From positions 1 to 64,000 of the forward strand of contig CAVPGK010000020.1 in NCBI GenBank assembly GCA_963703955.1: DNA of 64,000 nt. The letters are read 5' to 3'. Shown piece after piece: positions 41,917 through 52,971 of this stretch. Under the pieces are notes generated by a model that made no database searches, was not told the origin of the DNA, and saw only the letters and a program-made list of their open reading frames with translations. Positions within the stretch are counted from its first letter, which is position 1. The number at the start of each line of letters is the position of its first letter. This stretch comes from Nitrospirota bacterium. GTDB taxonomy: Bacteria; Nitrospirota; Nitrospiria; Nitrospirales; Nitrospiraceae. Position numbers and translations under genes: made by a program.

Positions 41917-43689
41917 ATGAAACTCACCGGCGCGGAAATATTTCTGGAGGCCCTCAAGCGTGAGGGGGTCAAGACCCTTTTTGCGCTTCCGGGAGGGGTT
42001 GTCCTCAAGATCTTCGATGTTCTACACCAGCAGAAGGATATCGATGTCATTCTCACCCGCCATGAACAGGGTGCCGGACATATGGCTGAAGGCTATGCCA
42101 AGGCGACGGGAAAGCCTGGCGTGGCCCTCGTGACGTCCGGGCCCGGGATGAGCAATGTGGTTACGGCGTTGGTGGACGCCTACATGGATTCGGTCCCGTT
42201 CGTCTGCTTTTCCGGTCAAGTGCCGACCAGCATGATTGGGAACGATGCCTTTCAGGAGGCCGATAACATCGGGCTGAGTCGACCCTGCACGAAGTATAAC
42301 TTTCTTGTCAAAGATGTGAATGATCTCGCCGTGACCATCAAGGAAGCTTTCTACGTGGCGACCACCGGCCGTCCAGGTCCTGTCCTTGTCGATATTCCAA
42401 AAGACGTGTCGATGAACAAGGCGGATTTTACGTATCCTGGGTCGGTCTCGATCCGAGGGTATAACCCGACCTATGACGGGAACAAGTGGCAGATCAAACA
42501 GGCGGCTGAGGCGATCACCAAAGCCAAAAAACCGATCTTCTACGTGGGCGGGGGGGTGATTTTTTCCGGCGCGTCCGAGGAATTGATCGAGTTGGCGGAG
42601 ATGACGCAGATCCCCGTCGACATGACGCTGATGGCTCTCGGGGGATTTCCGGGCGATCATCCGCTCTCAATGGGCATGATGGGGATGCACGGGACCTACT
42701 GGGCGAATATGGCCGTGCACTACTCCGATCTCGTGATCGCAGTGGGGGCTCGTTTCGATGACCGAGTGACCGGGAAGGTGTCTGAATTTTGCCCCTATGC
42801 GAAAGTCATTCATATTGATATCGATCCCACCTCGATTCGAAAAAACGTCAATGTGGACATTCCGATCGTCGGCGATTGCAAGCGGGTGCTGAGAGAATTG
42901 ATTCAAGTCCTCCGCGCCACCGTGAACGGTGATCAGAAGGACCTCAGGAAACCTTGGTGGGATCAAATCAATGAATGGAGGCGGGCGAACCCGCTGACCT
43001 ATCAGCAGGATCCGGACGGACCCATCAAGCCGCAACACCTGATCAAGCGGTTATATGATCTCACCAAAGATCGCGACCCGATCGTGGCGACCGATGTCGG
43101 CCAGCATCAGATGTGGGCCGCGCAATACTACAAATTGGCCAAGCCTCGTCGGTGGTTGACATCCGGAGGGTTGGGGACCATGGGCTTCGGGTTTCCCGCC
43201 GCAATGGGTGCACAGGCCGCATATCCGGACAAGCTCGTCCTGTGTGTCTCAGGAGACGGCAGCGTACAGATGAATACTCAAGAGTTGGCCACGGCGGTCG
43301 TCAATAAGCTGCCGGTGAAGGTGGTGATCGTCAATAACCGATTCCACGGGATGGTCCGTCAGTGGCAGGATCTCTTCTATGAAGGTCGGTACGCGTCGAG
43401 CTACTTGGACGTCACGCCCGACTTCGTCAAACTCGCGGAGGCGTATGGCGCCGTGGGGCTTCGAGCGACGAAGGTCTCGGAGCTTGATGATGCGATCAAG
43501 GAGGCGGTTGCGGTGGATAAACCGGTTCTTGTGGACGTGCCGGTTGACCAGTACGAGAATTGCTATCCAATGATTCCGGCGGGTGGCTGCAACCACGAGA
43601 TGATTCTGAGCGATCCACCTGGAGTCAAGAAAAAGGGAGCCGGCGGCCAGGTCACGCCTGAGGACAAAGATACGGTATTGACCGCCTAG
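41917..43689 (+). CDS. ilvB: Acetolactate synthase large subunit
   Basis: RHEQGA, TSGPG, DVGQHQMW, GDGS TPP motif. Confidence 0.98.
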   Translation: MKLTGAEIFLEALKREGVKTLFALPGGVVLKIFDVLHQQKDIDVILTRHEQGAGHMAEGYAKATGKPGVALVTSGPGMSNVVTALVDAYMDSVPFVCFSGQVPTSMIGNDAFQEADNIGLSRPCTKYNFLVKDVNDLAVTIKEAFYVATTGRPGPVLVDIPKDVSMNKADFTYPGSVSIRGYNPTYDGNKWQIKQAAEAITKAKKPIFYVGGGVIFSGASEELIELAEMTQIPVDMTLMALGGFPGDHPLSMGMMGMHGTYWANMAVHYSDLVIAVGARFDDRVTGKVSEFCPYAKVIHIDIDPTSIRKNVNVDIPIVGDCKRVLRELIQVLRATVNGDQKDLRKPWWDQINEWRRANPLTYQQDPDGPIKPQHLIKRLYDLTKDRDPIVATDVGQHQMWAAQYYKLAKPRRWLTSGGLGTMGFGFPAAMGAQAAYPDKLVLCVSGDGSVQMNTQELATAVVNKLPVKVVIVNNRFHGMVRQWQDLFYEGRYASSYLDVTPDFVKLAEAYGAVGLRATKVSELDDAIKEAVAVDKPVLVDVPVDQYENCYPMIPAGGCNHEMILSDPPGVKKKGAGGQVTPEDKDTVLTA

Positions 43690-43769
43690 TGCGTGCGGCC
43701 TGCGGCGCAGTCTAAATGAATTGTGGGCTCGACTCAGACTCATGAGTCAACACTCACGACCATACGCGT

Positions 43770-44288
43770 ATGGAACACATTATTTCCGTCACCGTGGAGA
43801 ACAAGTTCGGCGTCCTCTCGAGAGTCGCTGGGTTGTTCAGCGGGCGCGGGTTCAACATTGAAAGTCTGTCGGTGGCTCCGACCCTGGATTCGTCGATGTC
43901 CATGATGACGATCGTGACCTCGGGTGATGATCGAATCATCGAGCAGATTGTAAAACAGCTCAATAAGTTGATCGACGTTATCAAGGTGGTGGATCTGAAC
44001 GAGAGCGAGTTCGTGGAACGGGAGACCGCGCTGATCAAGGTCCACACGAAACCCGAAGATCGCGCGGAAGCCTTACGGATCACCGATATCTTTCGGGCCA
44101 ATGTTATCGATTCCACTCCGACAACCTATACCATCGAGGTGACGGGCGATGTCAGGAAGGTTGAGGCGATGATCAACCTGCTTCAGCCGCTGGGGATCAA
44201 AGAACTGATCAGAACCGGCCGGGTGGCCATTGCGCGGGAAGTGGTCCGGACGGCCACAGCGCAGCCGAAACGGGTTGCCAAAGACTGA
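43770..44288 (+). CDS. ilvN: Acetolactate synthase small subunit
   Basis: ENKFGVL.R..GLF..RG.NIESL ACT domain. Confidence 0.97.
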   Translation: MEHIISVTVENKFGVLSRVAGLFSGRGFNIESLSVAPTLDSSMSMMTIVTSGDDRIIEQIVKQLNKLIDVIKVVDLNESEFVERETALIKVHTKPEDRAEALRITDIFRANVIDSTPTTYTIEVTGDVRKVEAMINLLQPLGIKELIRTGRVAIAREVVRTATAQPKRVAKD

Positions 44289-44312
44289 CAACGCTCCACT
44301 GCGAATCATTGA

Positions 44313-45368
<1,056 letters not shown>

Positions 45369-45393
45369 GGGATTGGGGTCAGCGGGTCGATAA

Positions 45394-46056
45394 ATGGCGG
45401 ATCGAGCCATCGGAATACCAATTGTTCGTGAGGGGCTACCATTTGTCGGAGCCTTCGCCGGCTGCACGGCGCTGTCCGCAGCTCTGGGATGGCCCATTCC
45501 CAGCATTGTGTTTGGCGGGGTCACGCTCTTCACAGGCTGGTTTTTTCGAAATCCGCGGCGAGTCGTTCCCGCTGAGAAGGGGGCCGTCGTCGCCCCGGGG
45601 GATGGAAAAATCATTGCGATCGAAGAGGACTTCGAGCCACGATTTCTCAAAGACCACGCGACCAGGATCAGCATCTTCCTGAATATCTTCGATGTGCATA
45701 TCAACCGGATTCCCTGTGAGGGGGTCATTGAAGATATCGCTTATCAGCCCGGTCGCTTCTTGGCGGCGAATCGCCCTGAGGCGACCCTCAGAAATGAGCA
45801 GAATGCGCTCATGATTCGGACCATCGGGGGGGCCAAGGTACTGTGCGTGCAGGTCGCCGGATTGCTGGCTCGCCGGATCGTCTGTTGGGCCTCGGCCGGA
45901 GAGTCGGTCGGTTGCGGGGAGCGATTCGGCCTCATCAGATTCGGGTCGCGCGTCGACCTTTTTCTTCCCAAGGATGCGTCGCTGCGAGTGGCCCTCGGCG
46001 ACCACGTCAAAGGCGGACACCACCTGCTCGCGGTATTGCCGGATAGGAGGGCGTGA
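45394..46056 (+). CDS. psd: Phosphatidylserine decarboxylase
   Basis: FFRNP.R, DVH.NR.P, RNE, FGSRVD self-cleavage site. Confidence 0.95.
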   Translation: MADRAIGIPIVREGLPFVGAFAGCTALSAALGWPIPSIVFGGVTLFTGWFFRNPRRVVPAEKGAVVAPGDGKIIAIEEDFEPRFLKDHATRISIFLNIFDVHINRIPCEGVIEDIAYQPGRFLAANRPEATLRNEQNALMIRTIGGAKVLCVQVAGLLARRIVCWASAGESVGCGERFGLIRFGSRVDLFLPKDASLRVALGDHVKGGHHLLAVLPDRRA

Positions 46057-46865
46057 TGCGCGGAACCCTTATGAAACAGACCAAGAGCTTTATGAAGGAG
46101 CGAGGGAGAAAAGGCGGGATTTACTTGATCCCCAATCTGTTGACAACGGGCAATCTGTTCAGCGGGTTATTTTCCATTCTCGCCGTGTTCAATGCGAATT
46201 ATGTGGCCGCGTCGATTGCGATTCTGGTCGCCGTGGTCTTTGACATGCTGGACGGAAAGTCGGCTCGGCTGATGAACAGCACCAGCCGGTTCGGGGTGGA
46301 GTATGATTCCCTAGCCGACCTGGTGTCCTTTGGCGTCGCGCCGGGGTTGCTCATTTATTCATGGGCCTTGAGCGGGCACGGCATGGTCGGCTCGGCGGTG
46401 ATGTTCGCGTTTGTCGCATGCGGCGCGCTGCGTCTAGCCCGCTATAACGTCATGACGGTCCCGTCCGAAAGCAAGTATTTTACCGGCCTTCCGATTCCGG
46501 CGGCCGCCAGCGTCATTTCCACGCTGGTCGTGTTCGACCATCACATCGTGCGGATGGGAGCGGAGGTCAAGCCGGTGTTGATTCTGATCATGACCCTCGC
46601 GCTCGCATTTCTGATGGTCAGTACAATCAAATATCGCAGCTTCAAGGACCTGAGATTGAAGAACGGTCACGCCTTCAATTACCTGGTTTGGTTCATCCTG
46701 GCCATCATGCTGGTGGTCGCGTGGCCTCAATTGATGCTGTTTGTACTTTTTGCCAGCTATGCGGTATCGGGTCTCATTGAAAAAGCCGTCGGAATGGTTC
46801 TGAAGGCGGTCGGAAAACGAGGAGGAGCCGATTCCGATCGACCGGTTTTGGAGACGAAGCAGTAG
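46053..46865 (+). CDS. pssA: CDP-diacylglycerol--serine O-phosphatidyltransferase
   Basis: D.LDG..AR...S.FG..YDSLAD..SFG.AP, RLAR.N, F.GLP.P. Confidence 0.95.
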   Translation: MMRGTLMKQTKSFMKERGRKGGIYLIPNLLTTGNLFSGLFSILAVFNANYVAASIAILVAVVFDMLDGKSARLMNSTSRFGVEYDSLADLVSFGVAPGLLIYSWALSGHGMVGSAVMFAFVACGALRLARYNVMTVPSESKYFTGLPIPAAASVISTLVVFDHHIVRMGAEVKPVLILIMTLALAFLMVSTIKYRSFKDLRLKNGHAFNYLVWFILAIMLVVAWPQLMLFVLFASYAVSGLIEKAVGMVLKAVGKRGGADSDRPVLETKQ

Positions 46866-46867
46866 AG

Positions 46868-47153
46868 CGGCAACGACGAGGAGTAGTACGCGATTCCGAC
46901 CGGAATGGAGAGAGCTGGTGGTGTCCGTCCCATCTAACGGATATGGTGCGAACCAGCCCGTCGGTCGCGGAACTCGCCTCTGAGCCGGGCCCGTGAAGCG
47001 GGTGGACGGTCATGGGCCCCCGCCTGACCCCCGAAATGGGTCGTAATGAGGGTGTCCGAGCTTTGGGAAGAAGCCGGTCACTGAATCAGGGTGGTACCAC
47101 GGAGCGCGACGAGCCTTCGTCCCTGAGTGTAGGGAGGAAGGCTTTTTCTTTTT
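46868..47153 (+). promoter_or_regulatory. Leucine T-box riboswitch (specifier CUC) with terminator
   Basis: AGTA box, AGAGA, GGTGCGAA, GAA-CTC at 46970-46975, AATCAGGGTGGTACCACGG at 47084-47102, TTCGTCCCT, hairpin and T-tract. Confidence 0.92.
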
Positions 47154-47157
47154 ACGA

Positions 47158-47277
47158 GATGCTGAAAACGGTCCCCAGCTTCGTTCTCGGCTCGTCAAAG
47201 TCCTCACCGTAGCCCAGAGGCTACGCCTCCGGCTTTGACTTCACCTGCGGCCTCGTTGGATGACCGTTTTGAGCATC
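47158..47277. repeat. About 120-bp palindromic repeat / MITE-like element
   Basis: 16-bp terminal IRs GATGCTGAAAACGGTC / GACCGTTTTGAGCATC and nested internal hairpins; related copy at 55277. Confidence 0.8.
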
Positions 47278-47320
47278 CCGCCGATGCACGCACTAACCAT
47301 CCTGAAGGGAGGAATAGGTT

Positions 47321-48868
47321 ATGACGCGGATGATTCGGATCTTTGATACGACGTTGCGCGACGGCGAGCAGTCACCGGGCGCGAGCATGAATGTCGAAGA
47401 AAAATTCATGATTGCGAAGCATCTGGCGCGACTCAACGTCGACATTATCGAGGCCGGGTTCGCCTATAGCTCGCCCGGCGACTTCGAGGCGGTGCGGCGA
47501 ATCGCACAGGAAGTCGAAGGGCCGACGATCTGCAGTCTGGCCAGGGCGAGACCAGAAGACATTGATCGGGCGTGGGAGGCGTTGAAGGGCGCGCCGAAGG
47601 TTCGGATTCACACCTTCCTTTCCACGTCCGACATTCACCTCAAACATCAATTTCGCATGAGCCGGGAGGAAGCGCGGAAGCGGGCGGTTGAGATGGTGCA
47701 GCGCGCTCGCGACTACGTGGAGGACGTCGAATTCTCCCCCATGGATGCGAGCCGTTCGGATCTCTCCTATTTGTGCGAGGTCTTGGAAGCCGTGATCGAG
47801 GCGGGAGCCGGCACCGTCAATATTCCGGATACGGTGGGTTATGCGACGGCTCAGGAGTTCGGCCAGCTGATTCGGAACATCCGCAAGCGTGTCCGAAACA
47901 GCCAGAAAGCGGTCGTCTCGGTGCATTGCCATAACGACCTGGGGTTGGCAGTTGCGAACTCGCTTGCCGCCATCGTCGAAGGGGCCGGGCAGGTAGAATG
48001 CACGATCAACGGGATCGGAGAACGAGCGGGCAACGCGTCGCTGGAAGAAATCGTCATGGGCCTTCGCACTCGGAAGGATTTCTACGGCGCCGATACGCAA
48101 GTGCATACGGAAGAATTGTCCAAGGCCAGCCGTCTGGTCAGTAAGATCACTGGCATGATGGTCCAGCCCAATAAGGCGATCGTCGGGGCCAATGCCTTTG
48201 CCCATACGTCCGGCATTCATCAGGATGGCCTGCTGAAGGACAAGAGCACCTATGAAATCATGCGGCCGGAATCGATCGGGCTGGTTCAGAGCAAGATGGT
48301 TATGGGAAAACTGTCGGGCCGCCATGCCTTCAGGCAACGGCTCGAGGAGTTGGGCTATCGGCTCTCCGATGAGGAGATCAATCATGCATTCGATCGATTC
48401 AAGCGGTTGGCCGATCAGAAAAAGGAGATCTACGCGGAGGATCTCGAAGTCATCATCTCCGATGAGATCGCCAAAATCTCCGAGCGCTTCGTCCTGAAAA
48501 GTCTCCAGACAGAGAGCGGGACCAACAAGGTCCCAACGGCCGCCGTGGAGCTGGAGATCGACGGTGAGCTGGTGAAGCGGACGGGGACGGGCGACGGGCC
48601 GGTCGACGCCGCCTACCGCACTATTGCCGCGATGACAGAGACGAAGAGCCGCTTGCTGTCGTATGCGGTCAAAGCGATTACCGGCGGAACTGACGCGCAA
48701 GGTGAGGTGTCGGTCCGACTCGTGGAAGGCGGAAAAACCGCGTCCGGCCACGGGGCTGATACGGATATCATCGTGGCGTCGGCGCATGCCTATCTCAATG
48801 CGCTCAATAAACTGGCGTACTGGGCGTCGAAGCACCAAGATCCGTCGCAGAAGGTCGGCTTGATTTAG
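47321..48868 (+). CDS. leuA: 2-isopropylmalate synthase
   Basis: [34 protein letters not shown]. Confidence 0.98.
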   Translation: MTRMIRIFDTTLRDGEQSPGASMNVEEKFMIAKHLARLNVDIIEAGFAYSSPGDFEAVRRIAQEVEGPTICSLARARPEDIDRAWEALKGAPKVRIHTFLSTSDIHLKHQFRMSREEARKRAVEMVQRARDYVEDVEFSPMDASRSDLSYLCEVLEAVIEAGAGTVNIPDTVGYATAQEFGQLIRNIRKRVRNSQKAVVSVHCHNDLGLAVANSLAAIVEGAGQVECTINGIGERAGNASLEEIVMGLRTRKDFYGADTQVHTEELSKASRLVSKITGMMVQPNKAIVGANAFAHTSGIHQDGLLKDKSTYEIMRPESIGLVQSKMVMGKLSGRHAFRQRLEELGYRLSDEEINHAFDRFKRLADQKKEIYAEDLEVIISDEIAKISERFVLKSLQTESGTNKVPTAAVELEIDGELVKRTGTGDGPVDAAYRTIAAMTETKSRLLSYAVKAITGGTDAQGEVSVRLVEGGKTASGHGADTDIIVASAHAYLNALNKLAYWASKHQDPSQKVGLI

Positions 48869-48886
48869 GGAAGTGGCCGGGCTAGA

Positions 48887-49279
48887 GTGCCATTTCGTGA
48901 GAAGAACCCTTCGACCATGGTGGTCACACGGTTGCGTGAGTGCAAGGAGTTTCTCGCGGGCGATCACACGGTCCTACGGGAACTGTTGCATCGCGATCGC
49001 TGGCCTGTGAAGATCGGGTACAGCCTTGCCCATGGGAAGCTTGAGCGGGGCGGCTGCTCGAGGCGGCATCGTCTGGCTTCAGCGGAGGTTTATTATTTCC
49101 TAGCTGGTCAAGGTCTCTTTCATAGTGGAGATCAAACGTCGACGGTCGAGACCGGTACCGTCGTGTACGTGCCGCCGGGAAGTGATCAATGGCTTGAGAA
49201 CACCGGAGACGAGATGATCGAGTTCTTATGTCTTGTGGATCCGGCCTGGCGGCCAGAAGATGAAGAGGTGCTTGAGTAG
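48887..49279 (+). CDS. Cupin domain protein (start possibly 48917)
   Basis: H.L...E.YY.L.G.G, VYVPPG..Q..EN.G. Confidence 0.85.
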   Translation: MPFREKNPSTMVVTRLRECKEFLAGDHTVLRELLHRDRWPVKIGYSLAHGKLERGGCSRRHRLASAEVYYFLAGQGLFHSGDQTSTVETGTVVYVPPGSDQWLENTGDEMIEFLCLVDPAWRPEDEEVLE

Positions 49280-49312
49280 GGGTCCGTCGGGGCTTTAACA
49301 GAGAGGGTCGTT

Positions 49313-50389
49313 GTGAAAGTGCAAATTGCAGTGCTGGCCGGTGATGGCGTCGGGCGGGAGATTATTCCCGAAGCCGTGAAGGTTCTGAAGGCTGTCGGGG
49401 ACCGATTTCATCATACGTTTGAGTGTGTCACCGGAGATGTCGGTGGACACGCCCTTGATAAGGTTGGGGTTCCTTTGCCGAAAGGGACGCTCTCGCTAGC
49501 GAAGCAGAGCGGCGCAGTGCTCCTGGGCGCAGTGGGCGGCCCGAAATGGGAAGGACTGGACTACAGTCTCCGACCTGAGCGCGCGCTGCTGGGGCTGCGG
49601 GAAGAGCTCGGGCTATTCGCTAATTTGCGTCCCGCCAAGTTGTATCCGATGTTGACCGATGCGTCCACCCTAAAGCGGGAGGTCATCGAGGGGATCGATC
49701 TGCTGGTGGTGCGTGAGCTGACGGGTGGGATTTATTTCGGCAAACCCAGGGGGATTGAAAAGACGGCCGGCGGCGAAAGGGGCGTCAACACGGAGGTGTA
49801 CACCACCGAAGAAATCAGGCGGATCGCCGAAGTAGCCTTCGAGGCGGCGCGCAAACGGCGACGCCGTGTCACCTCCGTCGACAAAGCCAACGTGCTCGAG
49901 TCCTCGGAACTCTGGCGGCGAGTGGTCACCGAGGTGCACAAAGAGTACCCCGATGTCGAGTTGAACCACATGTACGTCGATAACTGCGCCATGCAGTTGA
50001 TCAGAAATCCCAAGCAGTTCGACGTGCTGGTCACGACGAACCTGTTCGGCGATATCTTGAGCGATGAGGCCGCGATGTTGACCGGGTCTATCGGCATGCT
50101 GCCGTCGGCCAGTCTCGGCGCGCATGCCGGTCTCTATGAGCCCATCCACGGGAGCGCCCCGGACATTGCGGGAAAACATATCGCGAATCCGATTGCGACG
50201 ATCGCGTCGGTCGCGATGATGCTCGCCTATTCCTTCCATCTGGAGAAGGAGGCGGAGGCGGTCGATCAGGCGATCCTGAAAACCCTCGAACAGGGGTATC
50301 GCACCAAGGATATTTTTGGTCAGGGTCGTCAACTCGTCGGGACGGTGGAAATGGGAGAGACCATCGTCAAGAATTTCTTACAGGGATAG
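49313..50389 (+). CDS. leuB: 3-isopropylmalate dehydrogenase
   Basis: [35 protein letters not shown]. Confidence 0.98.
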   Translation: MKVQIAVLAGDGVGREIIPEAVKVLKAVGDRFHHTFECVTGDVGGHALDKVGVPLPKGTLSLAKQSGAVLLGAVGGPKWEGLDYSLRPERALLGLREELGLFANLRPAKLYPMLTDASTLKREVIEGIDLLVVRELTGGIYFGKPRGIEKTAGGERGVNTEVYTTEEIRRIAEVAFEAARKRRRRVTSVDKANVLESSELWRRVVTEVHKEYPDVELNHMYVDNCAMQLIRNPKQFDVLVTTNLFGDILSDEAAMLTGSIGMLPSASLGAHAGLYEPIHGSAPDIAGKHIANPIATIASVAMMLAYSFHLEKEAEAVDQAILKTLEQGYRTKDIFGQGRQLVGTVEMGETIVKNFLQG

Positions 50390-50407
50390 ACGCGGAGGAG
50401 CGAATCC

Positions 50408-51625
50408 ATGCTGACGTGCGCCAAACCGGGGACGATCGGAACCATCGCCGGGAACGGAGAACCGGCGTATGGTGGGGATGGAGGGATCGCGCTGGCCGCC
50501 AGTCTGAACGAGCCGAAAAACGTGGCGCTGGACCGAGCGGGGAATCTGTACATCGCGGATTCGGAAAACCATGTGATCAGAAAAGTGGAACTCGCCACCG
50601 GTGTCATCACCACCGTCGCCGGTCGTCCCACGGACCCGACTCCTGACCATCGTGCGACAGGCGGGACGATCAACAGTGTGAACCCTTCACGAGATGAGGA
50701 TGTCTTTGGCGACTCCGGTGCCCTGACGCCTGAGAAATTCGCGCAGTTGGCGGATCTTAGCGGAACTGTACGATTCGTGGTGAGTACGTCGTCCGGGACG
50801 GGGCGCTTTCAGGGCGATGGCGGGCCGGCAACCAAAGCCGTGTTGAACTTCCCTTCTGCGGTGGCCGTGGATGGCGCGGGTCATCTGTACATCGCCGATA
50901 CCAGGAACCATCGAGTGCGGAAGGTGGATGCAGTAAGCGGGGTGATTACGACCATCGCAGGGACCGGCCAACATCGTTTTTCGGGAGACGGTGGACCGGC
51001 GGTCGCAGCGGCGCTCAACGAACCGGCGGCCTTGGCCGTCGACCACGCGGGACACCTGTATATCGCCGATCAAAGCAATAACCGCGTGCGAAAGGTGAGC
51101 CTGGCGACGGGTGTCATCACCACGCTTGTGGGAACCGGCGCAGCGGACTACTCAGGCGACGGGATGGCTGCAATTGAAGCGGCTCTCTGGGGACCGAGCG
51201 GCCTCGCTTTCGGAGCCGATGGCACCTTGTATATCGCGGATACCTTTAACGGGCGGATCCGCGTGGTTGACCCGGAGACGGGAGGCATTCGCACGGTGGT
51301 CGGGGACGGCCGGGACTATCGCTACCAGGGAGTCGCCAATGATGTTTCTACAAGCCTGTCGCGGCCCTATGGGATTGCGCTTGATCGCGAGGGGGATCTT
51401 CTTGTCACCGACTCCGACAGCCACCTGATTCGAAAATGGCATCGAAGCAAGAAGGTCATTACCCGACTCGCGGGAAATGGAACCGCCGGGTTCGGAGGGG
51501 ATGGCGGGCTGCCGATCGACAGTAGCCTGAACTATCCGTTCGGTGTGGCCGTTGACGCCATCGGCACCATCTACATTGCCGATACGTTCAATCATCGTAT
51601 TCGCGTCATAGTAAGCGAGAAGTAA
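50408..51625 (+). CDS. NHL-repeat beta-propeller protein
   Basis: Six repeats of GDGG.A..A.LN.P..VAVD..G.LYIAD..N.RIR. Confidence 0.9.
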   Translation: MLTCAKPGTIGTIAGNGEPAYGGDGGIALAASLNEPKNVALDRAGNLYIADSENHVIRKVELATGVITTVAGRPTDPTPDHRATGGTINSVNPSRDEDVFGDSGALTPEKFAQLADLSGTVRFVVSTSSGTGRFQGDGGPATKAVLNFPSAVAVDGAGHLYIADTRNHRVRKVDAVSGVITTIAGTGQHRFSGDGGPAVAAALNEPAALAVDHAGHLYIADQSNNRVRKVSLATGVITTLVGTGAADYSGDGMAAIEAALWGPSGLAFGADGTLYIADTFNGRIRVVDPETGGIRTVVGDGRDYRYQGVANDVSTSLSRPYGIALDREGDLLVTDSDSHLIRKWHRSKKVITRLAGNGTAGFGGDGGLPIDSSLNYPFGVAVDAIGTIYIADTFNHRIRVIVSEK

Positions 51626-51697
51626 GGCAAAAGGAAAAATATTCCGACACGTCTTCATTCTTAAGTCTTTGCTTTTGCCTTGTACCTTGGAAAACAC

Positions 51698-52711
51698 ATG
51701 CTGAAAAAGAAATCAACTTATCGAGTTGCCGTCGTGGGGGCCACCGGCGCGGTCGGCGCACACATGATCGACATCCTGGAAGAGCGAAAATTTCCGATTG
51801 AGATGCTGTCGCCGTTAGCCTCTGCGCGCTCGGCCGGAGGGACCGTGTCGTTTCGTGGCGAAGAGTTGACCGTGCAGCAGCTTACCAAGGAATCCTTCGA
51901 GAGGATCGACCTGGCCCTGTTCTCGGCGGGAAGCGATGTGAGCAAGGAATTCGCGCCGATCGCCGTACAAGCCGGCGCGATCGTCATCGATAATAGCGCA
52001 GCGTGGCGGATGCAGAAAGATGTGCCGCTCGTGGTGCCCGAGGTCAACTCTCATGACATTGCCGGGCACCAGGGGATCATCGCCAATCCGAATTGCTCGA
52101 CGATTCAAATGGTCGTGGCGGTGAAGCCCTTGCACGACGAGGCCCAGATCAAGCGGATCGTCGTGACCACATTTCAATCGGTTTCCGGAACCGGAAAAGA
52201 AGCGATGGATGAGCTGATGGATGAGTGCAAGGATCTGTTGAGCTTCCGATCGCCGAACCCCACGGTCTATCCGTACCAGATCGCCTTCAATTGTTTGCCG
52301 CACATCGATGAATTTCTCCCGTCCGGCTATACGAAAGAAGAAATGAAACTGGTTCAGGAAACGAGAAAAATCCTCGGTGACTCTTCCATTCAGATTACCG
52401 CCACCAGCGTGCGGGTGCCGGTCTATATCGGGCATTCGGAATCCGTCAATATTGAAACGGCTCGAAAGCTGAGTGCGAGCGAGGCTCGGGCTATTCTCTC
52501 GACGGCTCCCGGAGTGCACCTTTACGACGACCCCGCACACAAGATCTATCCGATGCCGTTGGATGTGGCGGGAAAAGACGAGGTCTACGTCGGCCGCGTT
52601 CGGGAAGACGAGTCAATTCCCAATGGTCTGAATCTCTGGGTCGTGGCGGACAATCTCAGGAAGGGAGCCGCGCTGAACGCCGTTCAGATTGCGGAATTGC
52701 TCGTGAGATAG
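51698..52711 (+). CDS. asd: Aspartate-semialdehyde dehydrogenase
   Basis: GATGAVG, ANPNCSTIQ, QSVSGTG, DNLRKGAA.N. Confidence 0.98.
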   Translation: MLKKKSTYRVAVVGATGAVGAHMIDILEERKFPIEMLSPLASARSAGGTVSFRGEELTVQQLTKESFERIDLALFSAGSDVSKEFAPIAVQAGAIVIDNSAAWRMQKDVPLVVPEVNSHDIAGHQGIIANPNCSTIQMVVAVKPLHDEAQIKRIVVTTFQSVSGTGKEAMDELMDECKDLLSFRSPNPTVYPYQIAFNCLPHIDEFLPSGYTKEEMKLVQETRKILGDSSIQITATSVRVPVYIGHSESVNIETARKLSASEARAILSTAPGVHLYDDPAHKIYPMPLDVAGKDEVYVGRVREDESIPNGLNLWVVADNLRKGAALNAVQIAELLVR

Positions 52712-52714
52712 GTC

Positions 52715-52966
52715 ATGCCTGATTGGAGCGGAGCAGGGAAGATGGTCGTCGGCATCGGCATCTTGCTTGTGCTTATCGGCGTCATCATGACGTCCGTGGG
52801 TAAGTTGTCCGGGGCAGGGGGCGGTTTGGGCTGGCTCGGGAAGCTTCCCGGTGATATCTTTATCAAAAGAGACTCCTTTAGTTTCTACTTTCCGCTCACG
52901 ACCAGCATCCTGATCAGCGTGATCATCAGCGTCTTGGCGTATCTCCTGTCGCTGCTCAAACGGTAA
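52715..52966 (+). CDS. DUF2905 membrane protein
   Basis: LGKLPGDI.I.R..FSFYFPLTTS. Confidence 0.85.
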   Translation: MPDWSGAGKMVVGIGILLVLIGVIMTSVGKLSGAGGGLGWLGKLPGDIFIKRDSFSFYFPLTTSILISVIISVLAYLLSLLKR

Positions 52967-52971
52967 GAACC

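Noticed and set aside
47372..48967. 531-aa antisense ORF, and similar long ones such as 8233-9540, 59090-59974 and 17941-18774
   Set aside because: Shadow frames opposite well-supported genes in GC-rich DNA; no recognisable motifs.
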